Assembly (NCBI GenBank): GCA_034722055.1
Contig: JAYENL010000273.1
Coordinates: forward strand, 1 to 21,775
Reading direction: 5' to 3'
Length of the DNA: 21,775 nucleotides
DNA from: Armatimonadota bacterium
GTDB taxonomy: Bacteria > Armatimonadota > Zipacnadia > Zipacnadales > UBA5352
Positions 6,932 through 15,380 of the stretch are shown piece by piece. The translations under genes and the position numbers were made by a program. The notes beneath the pieces were generated by a model that made no database searches, was not told the DNA's origin, and saw only the letters and a program-made list of their open reading frames with translations. Position 1 is the stretch's first letter, and each line of letters starts with the position of its first letter.

Positions 6932-9055
6932 ATGAAGTCAGCGCGGTTCTGCAGCATCCTGACCGTCATCGCGGTACTATGTGCTCCCGTGGCACATGCG
7001 GGGAAGGTCTACCCCGCGTGGGTGATCCCCCAGTCCCTGAACGTCCGATCCGGCCCCGGCACCGACCGCGACCGCATCGGCTCCCTCACCAGGGGCACCA
7101 AGGTCCACGTCACCGCCTTCGCCAACAACTGGTGCTGGGCGAAGCTCCCCGACGGCCGGTGGGGATGGGTCGCGGAGTGGCTGCTGCAGTTCTCCGCCGA
7201 CAAGGGGCGCAAGCTGGCCGCGGAGGCCGGGGCGGGGGCCTCGTCCACCTCGTCGCAGAGCCCTCCGGCGTGGATTGAGCCCGAGGTCGTCAACGTCCGC
7301 TCCGGCCCCGGCACGCACTACAACAAGCGCGGCCAACTCCGCCGCGGCGATAAGGTCTACATCATCAAGTCCGAGCGAGGCTGGCGCAAGTGCCGCACCC
7401 CGGGCGGCTACGGGTGGATCCGCGAGGACCTGCTGGAGCGCGATGTCGAGCGCGGGCGGCAGCTCGCACGCAGCGCCGGTAGCTCCCACACCACGCCCTC
7501 CAGCGATCTGACGTCCAAGGGCTACGTGGACGGCGACGGCGTGCGCCTGCGCTCCGGGCCCGGCACCAGCTACGGCATCAAGGCCTCGCTCGCGAAGGGC
7601 CAGACGCTCTACGTGACCGAGCACCGCGGCGAGTGGTATCGAGCCCAGGTGCATCATGGACAGGACGGCTGGATACACGAGTCGCTGGTGAAGTTCGAGG
7701 GCCAGTCAGCCGCATCATCGTCCTCATCATCCTCGTCCACCACCAAGGGCTACGTGAATGGCAGTCGGGTGCACCTGCGGGCCGGACCCAGCCTCAATGA
7801 GCGCATCAAGGCCAAGGTCGTGCGAGGCCAGACGCTGTACGTCACTGAGCGCGACGGCGACTGGTACCACGCCCGCGTCCACGGCGGCGATGAGGGCTGG
7901 ATACATGCCTCTCTGGTGAAGCTGGCGGGCGAGTCCGACGAGGCTTCGGGCGTCGCCAAGGCCTGGGTGGCCGGCAGCCGCGTGCATCTGCGCGCCGGCC
8001 CCGGCACCGAGGAGCGCATCAAGGCCCTTGTGGTGGAGGGCCAGACGCTCTACGTCACCGAGACCCGTGGCGACTGGGCGCACGTTCGCGTCCACGGCGG
8101 GGAGGAGGGGTGGATACATGCCTCCCTGGTGAAGTACGCCGGCGAGGAGCCGCCCTCGCAGCCCGCACCCAGCCACACGGGTGAGGACCTGACGGCCTGG
8201 ATCGGCGAGGACGTGGTGAACGTTCGCTACGGCCCCGGCACCGATCATGGCGTCAAGTTCAAGCTCAGCCGCGGCGAGCAGGTCACCGTCGTGGAGCAGA
8301 ACGGCCACTGGTGCAAGGTCAAGGATGCTGACGGGAGCGCGGGCTGGGTAGCGGGCTGGGTGATGAACTTCAAGGGCCCGGACGAGGACCCCACCGCCAC
8401 GGAGGGCTCCCAGGACGTGCCGGTGCGCACCGCCTGGGTGGCGCGCCCGGAGGTGAACGTGCGCTCCGGCCCCGGTACCGACCACGAGGAGGTCGGTGAG
8501 GCCACCCTGGGCACAGAGGTCATCATCCTCGACCGCGAGGGCGACTGGTACAAGGTGGCGCTGGACAACGGCACGACCGGGTACATGGCGAGCTGGCTGC
8601 TGGACACGCGCGCCCAGCGGCGCGTCCGCCAGGGCCTGGAGGGCCGCGCCGGGCCGGCATACTCCGGCACGACGGGCGGGTCGCGGCTGGGCCGGGCCTT
8701 CGTGGACACCGCCATGCAGTACCTTGGCTCCTCCTACGTGCGGGGCGGCTCCAGTCCGTCCGGGTTCGACTGCTCAGGGTTCGTCAGCTTCGTGCTGCGC
8801 CAGCACGGCGTGCGCGTGTCGCGCTCGTCGCGCACGCTCTTCCACGAGGGCACGCCCATCTCGCGCAGCCAGCTTCAGCCCGGCGACGTGGTCTTCTTCC
8901 GCAACACCTATCGCAGCGGCATCTCACACGTGGGCCTGTACATGGGCGGGAATCAGTTCATCCACGCCTCCAACAGGCGCGGCGGGGTGAAGATCAGCTC
9001 CCTGGACTCCGCCTACTACGCGCCGCGCTACGCCGGCGCCCGCCGCATGCGGTAG
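6932..9055 (+). CDS. Secreted peptidoglycan endopeptidase: seven SH3b domains plus a C-terminal NlpC/P60 (C40) domain
   Basis: Signal peptide ending AHA. Seven repeats of (N/R/H)(V/L)R.GP....GW/GY. Catalytic domain Y.RGGSSPSGFDCSGFV, PGDVVFF, HVGLYMG and FIHAS. Confidence 0.93.
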   Translation: MKSARFCSILTVIAVLCAPVAHAGKVYPAWVIPQSLNVRSGPGTDRDRIGSLTRGTKVHVTAFANNWCWAKLPDGRWGWVAEWLLQFSADKGRKLAAEAGAGASSTSSQSPPAWIEPEVVNVRSGPGTHYNKRGQLRRGDKVYIIKSERGWRKCRTPGGYGWIREDLLERDVERGRQLARSAGSSHTTPSSDLTSKGYVDGDGVRLRSGPGTSYGIKASLAKGQTLYVTEHRGEWYRAQVHHGQDGWIHESLVKFEGQSAASSSSSSSSTTKGYVNGSRVHLRAGPSLNERIKAKVVRGQTLYVTERDGDWYHARVHGGDEGWIHASLVKLAGESDEASGVAKAWVAGSRVHLRAGPGTEERIKALVVEGQTLYVTETRGDWAHVRVHGGEEGWIHASLVKYAGEEPPSQPAPSHTGEDLTAWIGEDVVNVRYGPGTDHGVKFKLSRGEQVTVVEQNGHWCKVKDADGSAGWVAGWVMNFKGPDEDPTATEGSQDVPVRTAWVARPEVNVRSGPGTDHEEVGEATLGTEVIILDREGDWYKVALDNGTTGYMASWLLDTRAQRRVRQGLEGRAGPAYSGTTGGSRLGRAFVDTAMQYLGSSYVRGGSSPSGFDCSGFVSFVLRQHGVRVSRSSRTLFHEGTPISRSQLQPGDVVFFRNTYRSGISHVGLYMGGNQFIHASNRRGGVKISSLDSAYYAPRYAGARRMR

Positions 9056-9083
9056 CGTCGCCCATCCCACTCGCCACCGGAGC

Positions 9084-9959
9084 GTGTCATCCCGCATGAG
9101 CCTTCGACGCGCCGCACTCGCCGCGCTGGCCCTTATGGCCGTGATCGTCACCGTGGCCGGGTGCGGCTCCGAGTCTGAGCGGGCGCCCGCCATCCCCGAG
9201 GATGAGATCGCTGCGCGGGCCGACCAGCAGCCAGCCGACGAGCCCCCCGCGGGCGAGGAGGCGCCGGAGATCGAGGAGCCGGCTGAGGAGGCCGCGGGGG
9301 AGGATCTGACGGCGGGGGAGCCCGGGCCGATGGAGAGGGCCGACGAGGGCCCCGGATTCTGGGCGAGGATGGGCGGCTGGCTGAAGGTCGCGGGCATCGT
9401 GCTTGGCAAGCTCCTTTTTGTGCTGGTTCTCCCCGTCGCCATCGCCGGGACGCTGGTGGGCCTGCCGGGCGGCGTCCTGGTGCTGGCCGACGTAGTCGTC
9501 TACTCCGCCTTCCAGGGCTGGCAGGTACCGCCGTGGTGGGTGCTGCTAGTCCTGGCGCTGATCGCCGCCGTGGCGGAGCTGGCCGAGAATGCGCTCTCCT
9601 ACCTGGGCGTGAAGCAGTCGGGGGGCACCAACGCCACCGGCGTGTGGACGCTGGTGGGCGGGCTGCTCGGCGCGGTGCTGGGGGGCGGGATCGCGCCCAT
9701 ACTGGGAACCATCGGCCTGCTGGGCGGCCCGGTGGGCTCGGTGATCCTCGCCATCGTCCCGCCCATCGGGCTGGGCATGGTCGGCGGCTTCCTGGGCGGG
9801 TACCTCTTCGAGCTGTATCGCGGCAGGGAGCCGGAGGAGGCCCGCAGGGCCGGCTGGGCTGCGCTGTTCGGTCGCCTCGCTGGCTCATTCACCAAGGCCA
9901 TGCTGGTGGCGGTGATGGCCGCCATCGTCCTCATCAGCACCTGGGGGACCCTGTTCTGA
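9084..9959 (+). CDS. DUF456-like integral membrane protein with an N-terminal lipoprotein-type signal and acidic linker
   Basis: RRAALAALALMAVIVTVAG-C lipobox, E/P/A-rich linker, then Gly-rich transmembrane helices (GLPGGVLV, LGVKQSGG, GGLLGAVLG, GGFLGGYLFEL). The start is 9084 or 9096. Confidence 0.7.
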   Translation: MSSRMSLRRAALAALALMAVIVTVAGCGSESERAPAIPEDEIAARADQQPADEPPAGEEAPEIEEPAEEAAGEDLTAGEPGPMERADEGPGFWARMGGWLKVAGIVLGKLLFVLVLPVAIAGTLVGLPGGVLVLADVVVYSAFQGWQVPPWWVLLVLALIAAVAELAENALSYLGVKQSGGTNATGVWTLVGGLLGAVLGGGIAPILGTIGLLGGPVGSVILAIVPPIGLGMVGGFLGGYLFELYRGREPEEARRAGWAALFGRLAGSFTKAMLVAVMAAIVLISTWGTLF

Positions 9960-10068
9960 CGCACCTCTGAGGCGGCCGGTGTGCCGTCGGCCTTCCCCCA
10001 AAGGTTTTCCGCCGCGCTCCGTCGAAGCCTCGCCGCGACGTCGCAGCGCACTGGCAGCGAGGCGATCC

Positions 10069-11220
10069 ATGCACCTCACCGAGATCAAGTACCAGGACGC
10101 GGCCACCAGGAGCTACCTCGGCAGCCCCAGCATCCTCCGCCTCCCCGATGAGGCTCCCCACGGTGGGGACATGGTGGTCACGCACGACTACTTCGGTCCG
10201 GGCTGCCCGCTCAACCATGAGAGAGAGGAGCACCTTACCAGCGTCTATCGCTCCTCCGACGACGGCCGCACGTGGACGAATGTCACGCACGTCGCGAACG
10301 CCTTCTGGAGCAACCTCTTCTGGCATCGCGGCGCGCTGTATCTGCTGGGGTGCTCGCAGCAGTACGGCTCCATAGTCATCCGCCGCTCCCAGGACGGTGG
10401 CGACACGTGGACGCACCCCGGCGACGGCGCCTCCGGCCTGCTGGTGCAGGGCGGCCCCCGGCGTGAGCCTCCGAACTTCCACTGCGCACCGATGCCCGTG
10501 CTGGAGCACGAGGGGCGGCTGTATCGGGCCTTCGAGAACTGCGACCCCTGCGTGTGGGGTAGCGGCTTCCGATCGCTGGTCATCTCCGCGGATGCCGAGG
10601 CGGACCTGCTCAGCGCGGAGTCCTGGACGGTGAGCAACCACCTGGCCTTCGACCCGGCGTGGGTGCCGGAGCAGTGGGGGAAGTTGGACCGGCCGGGCTG
10701 GCTGGAGGGAAACGTGGTGGTGGCGCCCGACGGCCGGCTGCTGAACGTGCTGCGCTTCAACTCCATCCCGGTGGTGGACAAGGCCGCAGTCGTCGAGGTG
10801 CACGATGATGGCCGCCGCGTGACCTTCCATCCGGATGAGGGCCTCATCGACCTGCCGGGGGGCATGACCAAGTTCGTCATCCGCCGCGATCCGCGGACCG
10901 GCCTGTATGTGACGCTGAGCAACAGCAACACCGACCCATCGTCGCCGAACCAGCGGAACGTCCTGTCGCTGCACGTTTCGGAGGACCTCCGCGAGTGGGG
11001 GCGCCTCCGGACGCTGCTGCGCGACGATCTGGCGCACTCCTGGGAGGACTCGGTGCGTCTGACGGGCTTTCAGTATCCGGACTGGCACTTCGATGGCGAG
11101 GACATCATCGCGGCGGTGCGCACGGCCTACCGGGGCGCCCACAACTTCCATGATGCCAACCGCATCACGTTCCACCGCATCTCGGACTGGCGGCGGCATG
11201 CGTGTCGGGCTGGAAGCTGA
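10069..11220 (+). CDS. BNR/Asp-box beta-propeller protein (sialidase-fold family)
   Basis: Asp-boxes SSDDGRTW, SQDGGDTW and SEDLREW; also YLGSPSI, WLEGN and GFQYPDW. Start reset to ATG 10069 after GAGG. No signal peptide. Confidence 0.8.
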   Translation: MHLTEIKYQDAATRSYLGSPSILRLPDEAPHGGDMVVTHDYFGPGCPLNHEREEHLTSVYRSSDDGRTWTNVTHVANAFWSNLFWHRGALYLLGCSQQYGSIVIRRSQDGGDTWTHPGDGASGLLVQGGPRREPPNFHCAPMPVLEHEGRLYRAFENCDPCVWGSGFRSLVISADAEADLLSAESWTVSNHLAFDPAWVPEQWGKLDRPGWLEGNVVVAPDGRLLNVLRFNSIPVVDKAAVVEVHDDGRRVTFHPDEGLIDLPGGMTKFVIRRDPRTGLYVTLSNSNTDPSSPNQRNVLSLHVSEDLREWGRLRTLLRDDLAHSWEDSVRLTGFQYPDWHFDGEDIIAAVRTAYRGAHNFHDANRITFHRISDWRRHACRAGS

Positions 11221-11243
11221 GAGCGCGCTGCAGCGCGCTCTCA
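11218..11243. repeat. Perfect 26-bp palindrome beginning at the stop codon of the Asp-box gene
   Basis: TGAGAGCGCGCTGCAGCGCGCTCTCA equals its own reverse complement. Confidence 0.8.
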
Positions 11244-11305
11244 CCTGGGCCTGACAGATGCGTCAGCGGAGGCCGACGTCCGCGAATGCTCCGGGCTGCG
11301 GCTCT

Positions 11306-11332
11306 ATCCTGTGCATCCTGCCCATCCTGTTC
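11306..11332. repeat. Three 9-bp tandem repeats (ATCCTGnnC)
   Basis: ATCCTGTGC ATCCTGCCC ATCCTGTTC, followed by degenerate GTYTGYC heptamers. Confidence 0.7.
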
Positions 11333-11399
11333 GTTTGTCGTCTGCCGTCCAGCCGTTGCCGCGGACACATCGGCCAATCTTCAAAGGGAGGCACCAGAG

Positions 11400-12479
11400 A
11401 TGATCCAGATCGACGAGCCGTTCCACGGCGCGGTGCTCGGCCACCGCCACGGCGTTCAGGACGAGTCCGGGCTGACGATTGAGGTGAGGGGCCGGGCGCC
11501 GGTGGACAAGCCGGTGAGGGTCAACGGCGCAGAGGCCCAGCGCGCCGGCGACCGCTTCACCGCCGAGCTCACCCTCACCGAGCGCGAGCAGGACATCACG
11601 GCCGTCTGCGACGAGGGCCTCGGCCGCATGGAGCACACGGTGCGCGTCGTCTGGGACCGCAACTCACGGCCGCGCTATCGCTTCAGCATCGACGACAACA
11701 GCTTCTGGCTGAGGGACGTGGCCCGGGAGGGCTACGACTCCCTGTTCGACTGCTTCTACCTGGCGATCCTCAGGGACCTGAACGAGAAGTACGGCGCGAA
11801 GTTCACGCTCAACATCTACTGCGAGGCCGATGACGGCTGGCAGATCACGGACTTCCCGGAGCGCTACCGCGGCGAGTTCGAGGACAACGCCCACTGGATG
11901 GTGCTGGCCTTCCACGCCTGGTCCGACAAGCCCGACCGGCCGTACCAGTTCACGCCCCCGCAGAAGGTCATCGAGGACCTGGAGGCGGTGAACGAGCAGA
12001 TCGTGCGCTTCGCCGGGGAGCGGACGCTGGCGCCGCCGACTGTCATCCACTGGGGCTTCGTGGTCCCGGAGGCCCTGCCGCTGCTGTATGAGCATGGCGT
12101 GCGCGTGCTGTCGGGCAGCGGCCGCATGGCGTCGTGGGGGCGGGACGTGAACTACTGGCTGGAGCCGGCGCGCTCGGAGTGGCTGGCGCGCAATGAGGCC
12201 CTCAAGGACTTCGACAGCGGCATCGTCTTCTCGAAGGGCGACATCACCTGCAACAACGTGCCGAAGCAGGAGATCGTCCCGCACCTCGAGCGGGTCGCCA
12301 GCGATCCCCGCCAGGCGGAGATCATGGACCTGTTCACCCACGAGCAGTACTTCTGGCCCTTCTATCGCCGCTACATCCCGGATCACGGTGAGCGGCTCGA
12401 TGAGGCCATCCGGTGGGTCACGGAGCACGGCTACGAGCCGGTCTTCTTCCACGAGGGCTTCCTGGGCATCGAGCCGTAG
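11400..12479 (+). CDS. Hypothetical protein: Ig-like N-terminal module plus a possible polysaccharide-deacetylase-type barrel
   Basis: GGGAGG RBS and ATG at 11400. The N-terminus is beta-rich (VRGRAP..VRVNG...FTAELTL). FSIDD, LAFHA, IHW and LFTHEQY resemble NodB/CE4-superfamily motifs. Confidence 0.55.
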   Translation: MIQIDEPFHGAVLGHRHGVQDESGLTIEVRGRAPVDKPVRVNGAEAQRAGDRFTAELTLTEREQDITAVCDEGLGRMEHTVRVVWDRNSRPRYRFSIDDNSFWLRDVAREGYDSLFDCFYLAILRDLNEKYGAKFTLNIYCEADDGWQITDFPERYRGEFEDNAHWMVLAFHAWSDKPDRPYQFTPPQKVIEDLEAVNEQIVRFAGERTLAPPTVIHWGFVVPEALPLLYEHGVRVLSGSGRMASWGRDVNYWLEPARSEWLARNEALKDFDSGIVFSKGDITCNNVPKQEIVPHLERVASDPRQAEIMDLFTHEQYFWPFYRRYIPDHGERLDEAIRWVTEHGYEPVFFHEGFLGIEP

Positions 12480-12700
12480 CCGTCCGCCTATAGCTGCGCA
12501 TCCTCTCACGCCCGGGGATTGTTGCACGCTCGTAACATGCTCAAGCTAAGCTCTATGGAGCACAGGCGCGCGAGGGAACGTGGCCCAACTGCCGGCCCCT
12601 GCCAGGGGCCAGGAGCCGTCGGAATTGACATTCGCTTCAATAATCGAGGAGTAAGAGGCGTTTTCGGCGGGTATAATCGAGAACAAATTGGGTCAAGGCC

Positions 12701-12730
12701 TTGCATTGCACCCGGGCGTTATGCTATACT
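12701..12730 (+). promoter_or_regulatory. Putative promoter of the tadE-like gene
   Basis: TTGCAT (12701-12706), 18 nt spacer, TATACT (12725-12730), with an extended -10 TG. Confidence 0.55.
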
Positions 12731-12772
12731 TTCGACGCTGGATCTTGAGCTAAAGGAGAGGGCGGGGCAAGA

Positions 12773-13264
12773 ATGACTGCGAGGGGTAGCCGGAACAAGC
12801 GAGTGCGCCGCGGCCTCCGTCGGGGAGCAGCGACGGTAGAGATGGCGCTGGTGGCGCCACTGCTGATGTTCCTGCTGTTCTCAATCATTGAGTTCGGCTT
12901 CCTGGTCAAGAACCGGGCGGAGCTGGGACAGGCGGCGCGCGAGGGTGCGCGCCTGGGCGCGGTGGGCTCGACACCGACCCACATCACGTCCGGTGTCCAC
13001 AGCTCCTGCACGACCATTGTGCAGGATCGCCTGACCACCAGCTATCAGTTCCGCGCCTGGGACGAGGACGCCCAGACGTGGGGCTCCTGGCAGACGCTCA
13101 GCGAGGTGGCCGGCGAGAACAACGCCGAGAACGGTGACCAGATACAGATCCAGCTCACCTACAATCACCAGCTTCTGGTTCCGGGACTGATGGGCCCGGT
13201 CCTCAATGCCGACGAAAACGGGTACATATCCCTCCAGGCGACCAGTGTGATGATGCGCGAGTAG
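12773..13264 (+). CDS. tadE: TadE/TadG-like pseudopilin (Flp pilus assembly)
   Basis: RRG|AATVEMALVAPLLMFLLFSIIEFG prepilin site with Glu+5, AAREGAR motif and C-terminal MRE. Confidence 0.88.
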   Translation: MTARGSRNKRVRRGLRRGAATVEMALVAPLLMFLLFSIIEFGFLVKNRAELGQAAREGARLGAVGSTPTHITSGVHSSCTTIVQDRLTTSYQFRAWDEDAQTWGSWQTLSEVAGENNAENGDQIQIQLTYNHQLLVPGLMGPVLNADENGYISLQATSVMMRE

Positions 13265-13292
13265 GAATCCGTGCGTGTGCAGCGAGTGCGAG

Positions 13293-13318
13293 GCGGGGCG
13301 CCCATTTGGGCGCCCCGC
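13293..13318 (+). terminator. GC hairpin downstream of tadE
   Basis: GCGGGGCGCCCA-TT-TGGGCGCCCCGC. No U tract follows. Confidence 0.45.
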
Positions 13319-13447
13319 TCCGCGTATCGGTGCTGCCAGCCCGAAGTCAGGACGCAGGCGAGGATTATCCCCGCCGGGGGCGAAGAGACACCGCAGCACG
13401 GCGCGCGAGATCACGCTATCACAGGGTGTACAGAAGGAGCAGTGGAG

Positions 13448-14239
13448 ATGAGCCAGGGGATCAGATATTCCGTTTTCAGCAAGCCGTGGAAGGAGATGCC
13501 CCTTCAGGATCTGGCCCGCCACATCGCGGAGCTTGGCTTCACCGGCGTGGAGTTCCCGGTCCGCCCCGGCTTTCAGGTGGAGCCGGAGGGCGTGAGCGAT
13601 GGACTGCCGAAGGCAGCGCGCATCTTCGCCGACCACGGAGTGGCCATCGAGAGCGTGGCAGGGCCCACCGACGAGACCACCATCGCTGCCTGCGCCGAGG
13701 CCGGCGTGCCCATCATCCGCATCTGCCTGCCCATCGGCGAGGACGGCTACCTGGCCTCCGAGCAGCGTTACAGGCGCCAGTTCGAGGAGCTTGTGCCGGT
13801 GCTGGACCGCTATGGCGTGGCTGTGGGCATTCAGAATCACTGCAGTAACCAGGTGGGGAGCGCGGTGGGCGTGATGAACATCATCGCCGACTTCTCGCCA
13901 GATCACTTCTGCGCGGTCTGGGATCCGGCCCACAACGCCCTGGCCGGCGAGATCCCGGAGCAGGCCATCGACATCTTCTGGTCGCACCTGCGCATGGTTA
14001 ACCTCAAGAACCCCATGTGGATGCGCGAGAACGGCCCCGAGGCGGCAGTTGCGCAGTGGCGGATGTACTGGACCAGCGGCAGGCAGGGCATTGCCTCGTG
14101 GCCCAAGGTCGTTGGGGTCCTGCAGGAGCGCGGCTGGGAGGGCCCGGTCTGCCTGACCGCTGAGTACAGCGACAAGGAGTCCGTGGACCGGCTTATCGCA
14201 GACGACCTGGCCTTCGCGAAGCTTCTGTTCGGGGGCTGA
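13448..14239 (+). CDS. Sugar phosphate isomerase/epimerase family (xylose-isomerase-like TIM barrel)
   Basis: SVFSKPW, LGFTGVEFPVRPG, GIQNH, WDPAH, VNLKN and G..GPVCLTAEY. Start reset to ATG 13448. Confidence 0.85.
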   Translation: MSQGIRYSVFSKPWKEMPLQDLARHIAELGFTGVEFPVRPGFQVEPEGVSDGLPKAARIFADHGVAIESVAGPTDETTIAACAEAGVPIIRICLPIGEDGYLASEQRYRRQFEELVPVLDRYGVAVGIQNHCSNQVGSAVGVMNIIADFSPDHFCAVWDPAHNALAGEIPEQAIDIFWSHLRMVNLKNPMWMRENGPEAAVAQWRMYWTSGRQGIASWPKVVGVLQERGWEGPVCLTAEYSDKESVDRLIADDLAFAKLLFGG

Positions 14240-14266
14240 CGGCATGGCGGGCGTGGAGGGAACACC

Positions 14267-14674
14267 GTGGAGCAGACCCTGATCATCATCAAGCCGGACG
14301 CGGTACAGCGGGCATTGGCGGGCGAGGTGCTCTCGCGCTTCGAGCGTGCCGGCTTCGAGATCGTGCACATGCGCTTCCACCGCCTCTCCGAGGCGGAGGC
14401 CCGGCGCTTCTATGCCGAGCATGAGAGCAAGCCGCACTTCGCGCGTCTGATCGCCTACATGACCTCAGGCCCGTCCTGCTTCGTGCATATGGCGCGGGAG
14501 GATGCCATAGGGCGGGCGCGGATGCTGGTGGGGCCCACCGACCCTGCGGAGGCACCACCGGGAAGCGTCCGCGGGGACCTGGGCCTGGACCTGCCGCGCA
14601 ACTCCGTACATGCCGCCGACTCCGCGGAGTCGGCAGCGCGGGAGCTGCGACTCATCTTCGGGCACGCAGACTGA
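14267..14674 (+). CDS. ndk: Nucleoside-diphosphate kinase
   Basis: EQTLIIIKPDAV, FYAEH..KPHF, MTSGP, GPTDP..APPGSVRGD and NSVHAADS (phospho-His). GGAGG RBS and GTG start. Confidence 0.95.
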   Translation: MEQTLIIIKPDAVQRALAGEVLSRFERAGFEIVHMRFHRLSEAEARRFYAEHESKPHFARLIAYMTSGPSCFVHMAREDAIGRARMLVGPTDPAEAPPGSVRGDLGLDLPRNSVHAADSAESAARELRLIFGHAD

Positions 14675-14741
14675 GATAGCCTCCTGAGGCGCTGTGCGAA
14701 CCTGGATCGTCCCCCCGAGGGCCGAACGGCCTCCGCCCCGC

Positions 14742-14915
14742 TCAGCCGGCCCCTCGGAGCTGGTTCGCTGCCTGCTGCGCCGTGCCCTGGACAGTGGTTC
14801 CGAGGGTCCGCCAGGCGATGAAGGCGCCGATAGCGACGAGGGTGATAAGCAGGGCGTACTCAACGCTGGAAAGGCCGTCCTCATCGCGGGCGAGGTCAGC
14901 GAGGTCCTGCCACAT
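14742..14915 (-). CDS. flp: Flp/Fap family type IVb pilin
   Basis: MWQDLADLARDEDG|LSSVEYALLITLVAIGAFIAW..LG: Flp motif G-x4-EY plus a hydrophobic helix, 57 aa, GGAG RBS. Confidence 0.9.
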   Translation of the reverse strand: MWQDLADLARDEDGLSSVEYALLITLVAIGAFIAWRTLGTTVQGTAQQAANQLRGAG

Positions 14916-15027
14916 GGTGCTCCACTCCATCCGCGCTGGGCCCTGCAACGGCACCACCAAACTCCCCGCCGTGGGGCCGGGGCCCACTGCTGCGACGTAG
15001 TAGTGTGATCTGCGCGTACCCCATCAG

Positions 15028-15056
15028 AGTATAGCACACGCCAGGCCGTCCGTAAA
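15028..15056 (-). promoter_or_regulatory. Sigma70-type promoter of flp
   Basis: Minus strand TTTACG (15056-15051), 17 nt spacer, TATACT (15033-15028), with an extended -10 TG. Confidence 0.65.
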
Positions 15057-15190
15057 GATCATCGATCATTCCGCGGCTGCAAACTGGTAGTGTCGGCCGA
15101 ACGCGCGGGCGCCCGCGCCCCAGTACTGAAGTGGGTTGCGGCGGCCCCAGAGATACGCGTGAGGCTGGCTTCCAGCCGAACATCGCCCGG

Positions 15191-15380
15191 AGGCGCTTCC
15201 GCGCCTGTTCCCACAGCGACAGCCCCGCCCGCAGGCGCTTCTGCGCCTCTTCCCGCGGCCGGACCCCTCGCAAAGAGCGCGGGCGCGTCTTGCCGCGACC
15301 ACAGAATGGGAGGTGTCCCATCCTGGGAAGCCGGTGCCCACCGGCCCTCTTCACCCTGGGAAGCCGGCGCCCTCGCCGGC
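15191..15380. repeat. Cluster of REP-like paired hairpin repeats
   Basis: AGGCGCTTC(C/T)GCGCCT(G/C)TTCCC at 15191-15212 and 15233-15254. CCTGGGAAGCCGG(T/C)GCCC at 15322-15339 and 15355-15372, each followed shortly by CCGGC. Confidence 0.7.

Noticed and set aside
12519..12776. 85-aa ORF upstream of tadE
   Set aside because: No protein-like features or RBS. The region is occupied by promoter-like motifs.
12881..14437. 518-aa minus-strand ORF
   Set aside because: Antisense to tadE, the isomerase and ndk, which have clear family motifs.
14600..14630. ndk active site reads HAAD instead of the common HGSD
   Set aside because: The catalytic His and other key residues are intact, so this is likely ordinary variation.
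15191..15380. CRISPR array
   Set aside because: Only two copies of each repeat, short irregular spacers and no cas genes.
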